Below are positions 55,362 through 63,593 of a DNA stretch of 64,000 nucleotides, in pieces (within the stretch, counting starts at the first letter, position 1; every line of letters starts with the position of its first letter). The DNA lies in the IMG/VR virus record IMGVR_UViG_3300037041_001930. One strand, 5' to 3'. The stretch is from a virus (lineage: Duplodnaviria > Caudoviricetes). The notes beneath the pieces are model-generated. The model had not been told where the DNA came from. It was given only the letters and a program-made list of their open reading frames with translations, and ran no database searches. Made by a program: the position numbers and the translations under genes.

Positions 55362-55799
55362 ATGGATACCCCGACGACGACAAGCACCAGACGACGGACA
55401 GTGCTGAGACTTGACTACGATATCAACGGAGTCAGCGCGATCAGTGGATCCACTCAGGCCTGGTGCTCGCGTACGGCGTCGGATCCATTCAGTCTCCTGG
55501 ATCGTGTGAAATCAGCGAAACCAGAAGAAGACATCGCATTGCATGTTCATGGGTTCACGAACTCGATAGCGGTTGCACACTTGATGACCCTGTGGCGTGA
55601 ATGCTCGAATCGTGGCGCCCACTTACGAGTCATCCTGCTTAATCACCAATCACTTCAAATCCTCAAAGTTCTCGGTCTCGGTGAAATCCTGGATGCCAGA
55701 CTGTGTCCATTTAATTCTCGCAATCATGTGACCTGGGAACCCCCTACGGAACGGAATTGCGAATCCTGCAACAAACTGGACTGTGCAGTAGGGAATTAA
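55362..55799 (+). CDS. STAS-domain (anti-sigma-factor antagonist-like) protein
   Basis: GFTNSIAVAHLMTLWRECSNRGAHLRVILLNHQSLQILKVLGLGEIL fits the STAS core. SD AAGGA. Only credible plus-strand gene. Confidence 0.75.
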   Translation: MDTPTTTSTRRRTVLRLDYDINGVSAISGSTQAWCSRTASDPFSLLDRVKSAKPEEDIALHVHGFTNSIAVAHLMTLWRECSNRGAHLRVILLNHQSLQILKVLGLGEILDARLCPFNSRNHVTWEPPTERNCESCNKLDCAVGN

Positions 55800-56293
55800 G
55801 CCGGTGGGTTTAATTGTCGCCCGGCTTGCTCCCAGCCTCGATCCCAGCCTTCATGCAGCAGAGTACCCGTGGGATGCGGGTTCCCTGAGCGCGGTCTCCC
55901 GGCCTCGCGTGCCTTGGCACCCCTGACTCCTGAATCCCTGATGACCTCCCAGGATATCCTGGAAGGCTTGCCCACGTTGAGGTGGGGGTCCAAGGCCATC
56001 GCAATCGCGGCCTTGGCGTCGTCGACGAGATCCCCAGTGGCCCCATTGCGATCCATCCAGGCCACGAGAGCCTGGAGGGCGCGAAGCATGACTGCCTCGG
56101 AGCCATCACGGATGCAGATGGCATCGGGCTCAAAGGTGTCCATCCAACTCTCGGGCGTCGTATAAGCGACGACGAGGTGGAGGGCGTGATCGAAGTCTTC
56201 CTGGGGATCCGTGACGACACCGGAGTATCGACCATCGAGTCCCCTGGCGACGATACGCCAAGCATTGGATACAGGGTACTTGGGGGTCTCCAT
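55796..56293 (-). CDS. Hypothetical protein
   Basis: 165 aa. C-terminal GAKAREAGRPRSGNPH...W..GW resembles small Rmf-like phage motifs. Confidence 0.6.
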   Translation of the reverse strand: METPKYPVSNAWRIVARGLDGRYSGVVTDPQEDFDHALHLVVAYTTPESWMDTFEPDAICIRDGSEAVMLRALQALVAWMDRNGATGDLVDDAKAAIAMALDPHLNVGKPSRISWEVIRDSGVRGAKAREAGRPRSGNPHPTGTLLHEGWDRGWEQAGRQLNPPA

Positions 56294-56297
56294 AACC

Positions 56298-57815
56298 TCA
56301 GGCCTGCGCCGGGGGTGTCACGTGGGCCTCAATAGTTGCAGGGATCTCCGTGTGGCCCTTGGTGTCACCACCAGGGACCTCGCCAGGGGTACCCTGGGGC
56401 TCCTCGGCATTCTTGGGTGAATGGGCGAGATACAGAGTGGTCAGCAGTGCCTTGGTCTTCTCCAGGGCCTCATCGATGAGGATATCCCCAATCAGGGGTT
56501 CCAGGAGCTCGCGGACTTGTGACAGCGAGTTCTGGGCCTGGCTGATCACGATGTTGCCCCAGTAGATGAGTTCGTGTTGCTCGTTGAGAGCGGCGACCCC
56601 ACCTGCTGCCTTGATATCGGCGAGGACATCATCGATGACCGGGATGATCTCTCCTGCCATCTCGGATTCCGCGATGGGGATAGCCTCGGTCGTAATCGTG
56701 TGGACCACCTTCAGGGAGTTCACGGCACGACGTGCCTCGTCCTCATCGAGCTGCATGTGGATCCAGGCCACGGTCTCGGCGACCGCGTTCTGGATACTGC
56801 CTTTGCCTTCCAGCATGGCCCTGAACTCAGGGCTGGCTTCTGCGGATCTCTTGATCTTGGCGTCGAGCCGAGGCGACTTCATGCAGGCGAGCTGAAGCGT
56901 GTTGTGGAGCCGAGCATTGTACTCAGCAGATGCCTCGGCAGCGTAGACCTCCTCCTCGCTGGGCTCCACAACGGTGTCACGGAGCTCAATGGTCTTCGCA
57001 CGGGAGACCCCATAGGTGATGCCACTGACGACGCGATCGAGGAGCCAGTCATCGAACGATGGCTTGTCATCCCCGGCGTCTGCGGTCTCCAAGACGTAAT
57101 CGGTCTGCTGCTTCGCCTTGTCCAGGCTAGCACACCTCGCCTTGGCTTCCTGCAGGATGACCTCGGTCTGCGTGGCCATGTGTTCATGCACCAGCTTACT
57201 AATCTCATCAGCGGTGTACTTCGGCACGGGCTTCATCGTGAACCCGGGGTCACGCCTCCAGTCCTTGCCTGGCTTCCACTGCAGGTCCTCAATCAAGGCC
57301 TCGCGGATCCCGGCGAGCATCCTGCGCTCCCTGTCAGTCAAGGAGACCTTGTCGCCCTCGGCAACGGTTTCCACAGAACTGTCCTGGACCTCGATCTTGA
57401 ATGGGGAATCCACGGGAATCGCACCACCCCCTGTTGAGGGTTGAACCGGTACGAACACGAAGGCGTGCTTCCAGATCAGCTTCGCTGTCGGCAGCATGTA
57501 GAACTCAGTCCCGGTATCCCAGCCAATGGGCTGGTAAGGGGAATCCCCGTACTTGACGAAGACCACCTTGTTGTCAATGAACACACCGGTCTGGCACCAG
57601 AAGGTGCCAGCGTAGAGGCGGGAGAGCAGGATACGACCTTGCATGCCGTGACGGATGACCTTGGTGAGGAACCGATAGAGATGCACACGATCCAGCTTGC
57701 CCTCAGCGATTTCCTCAGGGGTCTTGGTGTCAGGTTTCAAGGCTTCCATGACCTGCTTGCGCAGGGCTTCCTTGCGTGCCTGGGCCTCGTCTTGGGCTAC
57801 TTCGATCTCCGCCAT
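56298..57815 (-). CDS. Large acidic hypothetical protein
   Basis: 505 aa, SD AGAGGAG, strong codon bias. Confidence 0.75.
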   Translation of the reverse strand: MAEIEVAQDEAQARKEALRKQVMEALKPDTKTPEEIAEGKLDRVHLYRFLTKVIRHGMQGRILLSRLYAGTFWCQTGVFIDNKVVFVKYGDSPYQPIGWDTGTEFYMLPTAKLIWKHAFVFVPVQPSTGGGAIPVDSPFKIEVQDSSVETVAEGDKVSLTDRERRMLAGIREALIEDLQWKPGKDWRRDPGFTMKPVPKYTADEISKLVHEHMATQTEVILQEAKARCASLDKAKQQTDYVLETADAGDDKPSFDDWLLDRVVSGITYGVSRAKTIELRDTVVEPSEEEVYAAEASAEYNARLHNTLQLACMKSPRLDAKIKRSAEASPEFRAMLEGKGSIQNAVAETVAWIHMQLDEDEARRAVNSLKVVHTITTEAIPIAESEMAGEIIPVIDDVLADIKAAGGVAALNEQHELIYWGNIVISQAQNSLSQVRELLEPLIGDILIDEALEKTKALLTTLYLAHSPKNAEEPQGTPGEVPGGDTKGHTEIPATIEAHVTPPAQA

Positions 57816-57855
57816 GTCGTGCTCCTCTTGGTGTGAGCACGCAGTTTGATTCAGG

Positions 57856-57870
57856 TTTTCCCTGAGTCAA
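57856..57870 (-). promoter_or_regulatory. TTGAC-N5-GTAAA motif, one mismatch
   Basis: Minus strand TTGACTCAGGGAAAAC upstream of the 505-aa gene. Confidence 0.5.
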
Positions 57871-57877
57871 CCCCGCA

Positions 57878-58480
57878 CTAATCCAGGCGATGGAGTAACC
57901 ATGCCTTGAGGAGCGCCCACTTCATCTTGAGGCGTGACCTCAGCCCTGGTTTGGCTGGGCATTCACCCGGAGTGAGTTGTACAACCGCCCCAATGTTTTT
58001 TGGAGCGGAGACATGGTGTTCCGTTATGGGCCGCCTGGCGAGCTCACGCTTGGCTTCAGCATTCCACATCTCACTCTGGATTCTACATCTGAAGTCGTCA
58101 CTGGTCGGCTCGTTTTCGAGACGGATGCCTTGCTTGGCGAACTGCTCGATGGCGCGTTCTCTGGCGACATCATCGAGATCCTTCAGGGTCTCCTGGGCAT
58201 CCTCGGCGTATTCAGTGAACGGGACCATGGGGCCATTCGTGCCAAAGCATCGCGAGTAGATCGCGATCATGCGGGCCTCACCGTTGAGGGTGATCTCATC
58301 AGGGAGGTTGAGGTCCTCCTGTGTCCACATCTGGGCCGGCGGGGGTGCGTGAATGTCGAACCCCCAACTAAATGCGGCGTCGACGAGATTAGCGCGTACC
58401 CAAGCCTCGGCTTGATCTCGTGCAACAACTTGATTCTCGGAGTCCGTGTAGACGGGTACGCGAACAATGACTTCAGTCAT
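57878..58480 (-). CDS. Hypothetical protein
   Basis: Start MTEVIV, ATGA overlap. Confidence 0.6.
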   Translation of the reverse strand: MTEVIVRVPVYTDSENQVVARDQAEAWVRANLVDAAFSWGFDIHAPPPAQMWTQEDLNLPDEITLNGEARMIAIYSRCFGTNGPMVPFTEYAEDAQETLKDLDDVARERAIEQFAKQGIRLENEPTSDDFRCRIQSEMWNAEAKRELARRPITEHHVSAPKNIGAVVQLTPGECPAKPGLRSRLKMKWALLKAWLLHRLD

Positions 58481-59172
58481 GAACCTTTTGCGAGACGTCT
58501 TGGGTTCGTTCGATGTGGCCACCATGAGACCTCCAGATCTTTATTGCTGATTGTTTTTCTTATGATCCTGCCGTCCCCAGGAGTATTGGGGCCTATATCC
58601 GGAGGGAACCTAGACCGCGTCATGATCCCCAACCCGACTTCATAGTTGTCAGTACAGTGCCCACAGAGGACTCCATGCTCTAGGCGGGACCCCACACCCT
58701 CAGTGATTGTGATCCCACACACGGCGCACTCGCCTACGATGAGCTTACCTGTCAAATCGAAACACTGCTGCACATGAGGTGCTCTCCACTTGTTCTTGGA
58801 GCGTGGATGCTCGACAACACAGGCGTCCAGGAACTCCTGCGCGATCCGTGCTTGCGCATCTTCTGCTTTACGTGAGTGCTTTTTGTATTGGTCTGGTTTC
58901 GTTGGCTTCTCGGGAGCATTTTTACGCGGCCTTCCCCTAGTAACATATTTCTTGGGAGGGGTATAGTTGGGCTGCGTGTACACTGGGGGCTCATGCTTTG
59001 GCTTATACTCCGGGTAGCCATCGCCGAGTCGCTGCAGCCAGGCATCAATGCTCACCGTCTCAGCAGCATGCCTCCCATCCTCGTCGATGGCTCCCTGGGT
59101 TTTCGCCGAGCTGGCCAAGACGTTCTGAATACCGCATTCTATCTGCGCATTCAAATCTTCTTTGCTTGACAT
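58477..59172 (-). CDS. AT-hook + Cys4 zinc-finger-like protein
   Basis: TRGRPRK, and CAVC...LCGHC near the C-terminus. Confidence 0.6.
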   Translation of the reverse strand: MSSKEDLNAQIECGIQNVLASSAKTQGAIDEDGRHAAETVSIDAWLQRLGDGYPEYKPKHEPPVYTQPNYTPPKKYVTRGRPRKNAPEKPTKPDQYKKHSRKAEDAQARIAQEFLDACVVEHPRSKNKWRAPHVQQCFDLTGKLIVGECAVCGITITEGVGSRLEHGVLCGHCTDNYEVGLGIMTRSRFPPDIGPNTPGDGRIIRKTISNKDLEVSWWPHRTNPRRLAKGS

Positions 59173-59184
59173 ACAGGCCTCCTT

Positions 59185-59418
59185 TCAAGTATCCATACGC
59201 TGTATCGTGATCCCCCACTTGGCCTGAAACTCGGCTTCATCCTTAACCTGTTTTTCCAGGTTCGCCATGGCCCTCTTATCGGCCTCCATTCTGGCGAGAA
59301 TCTTGGCGCGGCGGATCATGATTTCATTGTCTGGGAGCCCCAGGTACACCCGGGGGTTCAGATTTAAGTTGTTGGACAAGATGGTTGACATAGGCACTAC
59401 AGCTATTTTTGCAGACAT
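59185..59418 (-). CDS. Small coiled-coil protein
   Basis: Start MSAKIA behind strong SD AGGAGG; 77 aa. Confidence 0.55.
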   Translation of the reverse strand: MSAKIAVVPMSTILSNNLNLNPRVYLGLPDNEIMIRRAKILARMEADKRAMANLEKQVKDEAEFQAKWGITIQRMDT

Positions 59419-59887
59419 CTTTAACCTCCTGCATCGGGATGTTGTGGTCCCAGGTGGCATGCCTGACCCAGGAACGCCACGTCGACCACGGAGTGGTGTG
59501 AACTGGTGCCGCAAAAGCCGGGTTGCCCCTGATGTTCTTATAGAACTTGATCGTGACCTGGCGCCCCTTGGTATTGACTTCGATGACGAAGCGTCGACTC
59601 GGCCCCTTGGTGAAAGTATCACCGGGTTGTGGGAACACGTTGGGATCCCGGGGTACGGGATCCTGGTTGCCCGGCTTCCACAGGGGGTAATGGGGGTCGC
59701 TGACCAGTGCCCAGCCCTCGATGTCATCGTGGAGACGATACCGGATCTTGAGATCCCGGCTGTCCCTGAGTTGGGCCTTATTCCTCGAGACGGAGACCAC
59801 ACTGAATTCAGCCCCCTTACGAGACTTCCAGACCTGACCGGGGTGGAAGCTATGAACACGTTCATCAGGTATCGATGTCAGCATCAT
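59324..59887 (-). CDS. Tandem SH3-like (PGQVW / PGDTF) protein
   Basis: FHPGQVWKSRKG and FPQPGDTFTKG repeats; start MMLTS with ATGA overlap. Confidence 0.6.
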   Translation of the reverse strand: MMLTSIPDERVHSFHPGQVWKSRKGAEFSVVSVSRNKAQLRDSRDLKIRYRLHDDIEGWALVSDPHYPLWKPGNQDPVPRDPNVFPQPGDTFTKGPSRRFVIEVNTKGRQVTIKFYKNIRGNPAFAAPVHTTPWSTWRSWVRHATWDHNIPMQEVKDVCKNSCSAYVNHLVQQLKSEPPGVPGAPRQ

Positions 59888-60171
59888 GACTTCCTCCGGG
59901 GACCCACGAAGAAGTGATGGATGCCACTCCACTTCATGACCACACAGGGATTCCCGCAATAGACCCCCTTGTAGTACCTGACTGCCCAATCATTGCGCAG
60001 GAGGAGACCGTATTTGCGGCCATACTTGTTGGCCTCCATCCATTCCTTGAGATCCTCTTTATCCGCATACTTCACGAAGGTGCGATAAGTGATCTCGCGG
60101 GAGCTGTCATCGAAAGCGTCGACGTGACACCCGCAGGCGCCCACGCAGGTTCCAATTAGGCAGTAGCTCAT
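59884..60171 (-). CDS. Hypothetical protein
   Basis: Start MSYCLIGTC; ends YYKG.Y.G.PC....WSGIHHFF. Confidence 0.65.
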   Translation of the reverse strand: MSYCLIGTCVGACGCHVDAFDDSSREITYRTFVKYADKEDLKEWMEANKYGRKYGLLLRNDWAVRYYKGVYCGNPCVVMKWSGIHHFFVGPRRKS

Positions 60172-60890
60172 CTGACCTCCTCGAACTCGGCGAGCCATTG
60201 GGACGGTAGGGTCTCGTAGATCTTTTCTACGACTTCACGGGGGCTCGCCGTGCTGACATCAAGGACTGAGGTTGTAAAGGAGTGACCACTGAGATCGTGG
60301 AGCTCAATGGTGACCTGTTCGGCGCCCAGGTAACCGTCATCGACCCGACGGCGGAAGTCATCGTTCGCGGATTCAAAGCGATCCTTGCCACGATCACCGA
60401 CGAGGCGACTGCGGCGGACCTCAGGGGAAGCCCGCAGGAACACGTAGTGGATGTGCTGGGACACCGGGATGTACTTGTCGAACAGATACAGCGCAGTGGA
60501 GATCACGAGCTGTAGGGGCACCCCGTTGCCGTAACTCTGATAGGCCACCGTGCTCGGCCACAGGCGATCCATGATCACGGTGTAGCCATGGGAGAGAAGC
60601 CTGGCGGCCTCAGCCATGAGTTCAGCACGTGCTGCCAGGAATCCGAAGAACAGAGTGGGCACCTCTGCCTTCTGGTTGGGATCCAGCAGGATCGTGCGGA
60701 GCTTCTCGCCCAAGGCGGTGGTCCCAGGATCCCTGAGGATCTTCACCTTGTCCATTGAAGTCACCTTCCAGGGTGCCACACTTTGATCGATGACACACTG
60801 GGGGGTCACCAGGAACTCGGCGAGGTTGTGACATGCCAGGCTCTTGCCCGAGCCGTCTGGGCCATCCAGAATTATGAGTTTTGCAGTCAT
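60168..60890 (-). CDS. tmk: Thymidylate kinase
   Basis: P-loop LDGPDGSGKS, RDPGTT..GE.LR..LL, LFFGFLAARAE, IMDRLWPST.AYQ, DRFE. Confidence 0.92.
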   Translation of the reverse strand: MTAKLIILDGPDGSGKSLACHNLAEFLVTPQCVIDQSVAPWKVTSMDKVKILRDPGTTALGEKLRTILLDPNQKAEVPTLFFGFLAARAELMAEAARLLSHGYTVIMDRLWPSTVAYQSYGNGVPLQLVISTALYLFDKYIPVSQHIHYVFLRASPEVRRSRLVGDRGKDRFESANDDFRRRVDDGYLGAEQVTIELHDLSGHSFTTSVLDVSTASPREVVEKIYETLPSQWLAEFEEVR

Positions 60891-61270
60891 GAAATAAAAC
60901 CTCCATGAATGAGTGGTTTGGAATAGGGACGGATCATCAGAGGTGCAGTCTTTACTCCAACGATGTGCATTCGCAAGGCGAGATGCTGGGGGCGGAACGT
61001 GACGACGCCACCGTTGTGGCGGTAACACGCCGGTCTCTTGTAACGCGTGAAACTGATGAAGACACCGGCCTCAGTACGCTCGATGGCGTAATGGGTGAGG
61101 TGATGATCAGGACGGGGACCCAGGGCACGCTGGATGCGATCCGCAGTGGGGCTGAGATCGGCGCCTTCAATCCAGGCCTTGGCGGCCTCATGGATCACGT
61201 AGTCGTTGATATCACCGGTGGCCACGCAACACGCCCCGGTGTCCTCTGCACGAATAACAACCGAATTCAT
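60887..61270 (-). CDS. Hypothetical protein
   Basis: Start MNSVV behind GGAGG. Confidence 0.55.
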   Translation of the reverse strand: MNSVVIRAEDTGACCVATGDINDYVIHEAAKAWIEGADLSPTADRIQRALGPRPDHHLTHYAIERTEAGVFISFTRYKRPACYRHNGGVVTFRPQHLALRMHIVGVKTAPLMIRPYSKPLIHGGFIS

Positions 61271-61283
61271 AGTACCTCCCTGA

Positions 61284-61320
61284 ATAAAAAGAAACGTCGG
61301 TGTACTGAGTACACCGACGT
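61284..61320 (-). terminator. Intrinsic terminator
   Basis: ACGTCGGTGTAC/GTACACCGACGT 12-bp stem followed on the minus strand by TTCTTTTTATT. Confidence 0.8.
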
Positions 61321-61346
61321 CGTGGGACATCTAATTAAAGACGGCC

Positions 61347-61688
61347 TCAAAACTTCGTGGTCGCCGGGGCTCCTACCTGTGGGGGTTCCGCCTCGGCTTT
61401 TTCTTTTTCCTCGGCATCAGCGCCGACTTCGGGGACTTTAATGCCGGCGGCTGCAAAGGAAGTCGACAGGGCATCCACCAGGGGCTCTTCCTTGGTGAAC
61501 GTGGCACCGTGCTTGATATGCAGGACGACCTGCTTGCCACCATCAAGGGTGAGCAACAGGGTGTTGGCGTTGAGGAACGAGAAGCGACCTTGCAGCAGGG
61601 CGACACGAGCCGAGGCCTCGCAGACCTCAATGTTATTGGGGGTGCGGCCACCGGGGTTCAGGGTACCGGTACGCAGAAAGTTGATCAT
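61347..61688 (-). CDS. Hypothetical protein
   Basis: Start moved to MINFL (61688) because the longer TTG start coincides with the regulatory motif. Confidence 0.6.
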   Translation of the reverse strand: MINFLRTGTLNPGGRTPNNIEVCEASARVALLQGRFSFLNANTLLLTLDGGKQVVLHIKHGATFTKEEPLVDALSTSFAAAGIKVPEVGADAEEKEKAEAEPPQVGAPATTKF

Positions 61689-61745
61689 GTTGACTCCAGG
61701 GTGTTGTGCTGTCTTGCAGCGGGTGATGTCAGGATTCTGTAGCGG

Positions 61746-61760
61746 TTTACTCTCAGTCAA
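61746..61760 (-). promoter_or_regulatory. TTGAC-N5-GTAAA motif copy
   Basis: Minus strand TTGACTGAGAGTAAAC just downstream of ruvA. Confidence 0.65.
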
Positions 61761-61776
61761 GCCCCTCTGCGGGGGC

Positions 61777-62355
61777 TCATTTCCTCGCCTTACTGATCAG
61801 AGACTGGGCGATAAAGTTGGCGTCTCGTCCCGGGTTACTCAGAACCACATCCTTGATCTCACCGATGTCGAAACGTGCGCCGAGTCCGAGTGCCGAGAGA
61901 ATAGCATAGACCGCTGAAGTCGTCTGGTCGTATTGGAGATTCTCACGGGATTGGAATCGCACCTGAAGGGAGTCCACGAGTTTCTTGGCACCCGTGGGTC
62001 CAAACCCCTTAGTGATCTTCGCCAACGCGGCGACATCACCATTGGCAACCGCAGCGATGACCACTGCGGCGTCGACTGCGGTGGCCAAGCGATGTGCAGT
62101 CTTCGCTCCGATGCCGTCGACGTCCATGAGCTCTAAGGCAAGACGTCGAGAATCATATGTGTTGAACCCGAAGAGCACCTGCGACTTCTCAGTGAAGTGA
62201 TGGTAAATCCAATAGGAGGCGTCTCGCCCACACTGGGCGAGGTCTCCGTTGGTGTCGTGGATGGGGCGCACGAGGGCATAACCGATGTCCCCTGTACGCA
62301 AAACTACTTCAGTGGGGTTCACGGCGATGACACGTCCTAAGATATTGGCAATCAT
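61777..62355 (-). CDS. ruvA: Holliday junction branch migration DNA-binding subunit RuvA
   Basis: MIANILGRV...VVL..G.IGY, LFGF, L..VDGIGAKTA (HhH), ALAKITKGFGPTGAKKL (HhH2), plus a domain III-like tail. Confidence 0.88.
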   Translation of the reverse strand: MIANILGRVIAVNPTEVVLRTGDIGYALVRPIHDTNGDLAQCGRDASYWIYHHFTEKSQVLFGFNTYDSRRLALELMDVDGIGAKTAHRLATAVDAAVVIAAVANGDVAALAKITKGFGPTGAKKLVDSLQVRFQSRENLQYDQTTSAVYAILSALGLGARFDIGEIKDVVLSNPGRDANFIAQSLISKARK

Positions 62356-62359
62356 GTTT

Positions 62360-62914
62360 TCACCAGGGTTTGTTGAGGTGGTTGGCATTGGCGGGGCGGC
62401 TGACCAGCTCGCCCTTCAGGAAGTCGGATCCATTGGAGCCCATGTTGTTGCACGGCACCTCGAGGAAGTCGTCGAGGTTGGCATCAATGAGGCGCAGTGC
62501 CCTGGCAGCATACCGCAGGGCTCCACGCGAGGACACCGAGTTGCACTGGAAAATGGGGCAATAAACGCCATGCAGTCTAGCTTCCAGTATAAAACTTTCG
62601 TCACTGCACCCCTGCGATTCGCGCAGTTCCGCCCAGAAACTCTTCGGCTGATATTGCCGAAGTGCGATGTACACCAAAGCGTTATATGGGTACTTGTCTG
62701 GTCGCGCATGTGAACGCGGGTTTCCAATTTGACTCACCTCAATCCCTGCCACGACAGGCTCGCCATTTACATTGTTACATGGGCGCAGGACCCCTGCGTA
62801 ATAATAATCGCTGCCGCAATCATATGTGCACCGCACCTTCCAGGGGTGTGCTGGAAGTGGGCCGAGTTCCTCGATGAGGTTGGTGTACCGGATGTCAGGG
62901 ATGGTTGTTGGCAT
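62360..62914 (-). CDS. Hypothetical protein
   Basis: Start MPTTIPD at 62914 behind GGGAG. Confidence 0.6.
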   Translation of the reverse strand: MPTTIPDIRYTNLIEELGPLPAHPWKVRCTYDCGSDYYYAGVLRPCNNVNGEPVVAGIEVSQIGNPRSHARPDKYPYNALVYIALRQYQPKSFWAELRESQGCSDESFILEARLHGVYCPIFQCNSVSSRGALRYAARALRLIDANLDDFLEVPCNNMGSNGSDFLKGELVSRPANANHLNKPW

Positions 62915-63593
62915 TGTCGGCTCCCTTGTCGCTATGGCCGCGGAGGAACTCCTCGGCGGTGTCTGGTGCTTTGAACTTGGTGTCGGACTGGATGTCGTGG
63001 AGGATATCAATGGCATACCCATTGATCGTGGCGCTGATGGTCCCGTTGGTGGGGGTAGTATCAACTACCAAATGCACCAAGTGCTGGATAGGGAACCTGA
63101 CCTCGGGGTGCCGCCGGTACATGGAGGCTATCACTACGTTGCGCATCAAGCCATGAATTGTGGTGATCGTCGCAGCGGCGAGAAGACGAAACAATACACT
63201 TGGGGTAGTCTCTTTCATTGCGTCGAAGACACCCTTGGCTTCGGGTTCGGCATCGATGTGTGCCAGGAGCATACGCATCATTGAAATCAGATCCTGAGTC
63301 GCCGCGAAGTCTTCACCTGGGGAAGACGAGTCAGCGATATCCATGACACCTGCGAGCTCTTCGACCTGCGCGACATGACTCGAATGGATACTCGAAGGGG
63401 GTCTCTCTGAAAAGCGCTGGGAGACCCGCTCATTAACAAACGAATAAACGGTTTCATCAGCCTCCCGTTGCCTTATGGCCACGAACAGGCTTCTCGTGGC
63501 GATCAGAGATGTGAGCTCGCGCCGCGCCTGGGCGTCGAGCTCGATGGGACCAATGGGGAACAAGCGTTGGAGATCGCTGAGACTTGGAATCAT
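62895..63593 (-). CDS. Hypothetical helical protein
   Basis: 232 aa, ATGA overlap with the upstream gene. Confidence 0.6.
   Translation of the reverse strand: MIPSLSDLQRLFPIGPIELDAQARRELTSLIATRSLFVAIRQREADETVYSFVNERVSQRFSERPPSSIHSSHVAQVEELAGVMDIADSSSPGEDFAATQDLISMMRMLLAHIDAEPEAKGVFDAMKETTPSVLFRLLAAATITTIHGLMRNVVIASMYRRHPEVRFPIQHLVHLVVDTTPTNGTISATINGYAIDILHDIQSDTKFKAPDTAEEFLRGHSDKGADNANNHP

Noticed and set aside
59185-59865. 226-aa ORF as called in the track
   Set aside because: It overlaps the 59324-59887 gene; a strong SD supports a start at 59418 instead.
4378-61760. Identifying the TTGAC-N5-GTAAA motif as a known LexA/SOS box
   Set aside because: Spacing and sequence do not match the LexA consensus sequences I can recall, so it is left unassigned.
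62895-63593. Sigma-factor-like protein
   Set aside because: There is a faint region-3/4-like DIAD.SSP.E segment, but no convincing region 2 or C-terminal HTH.
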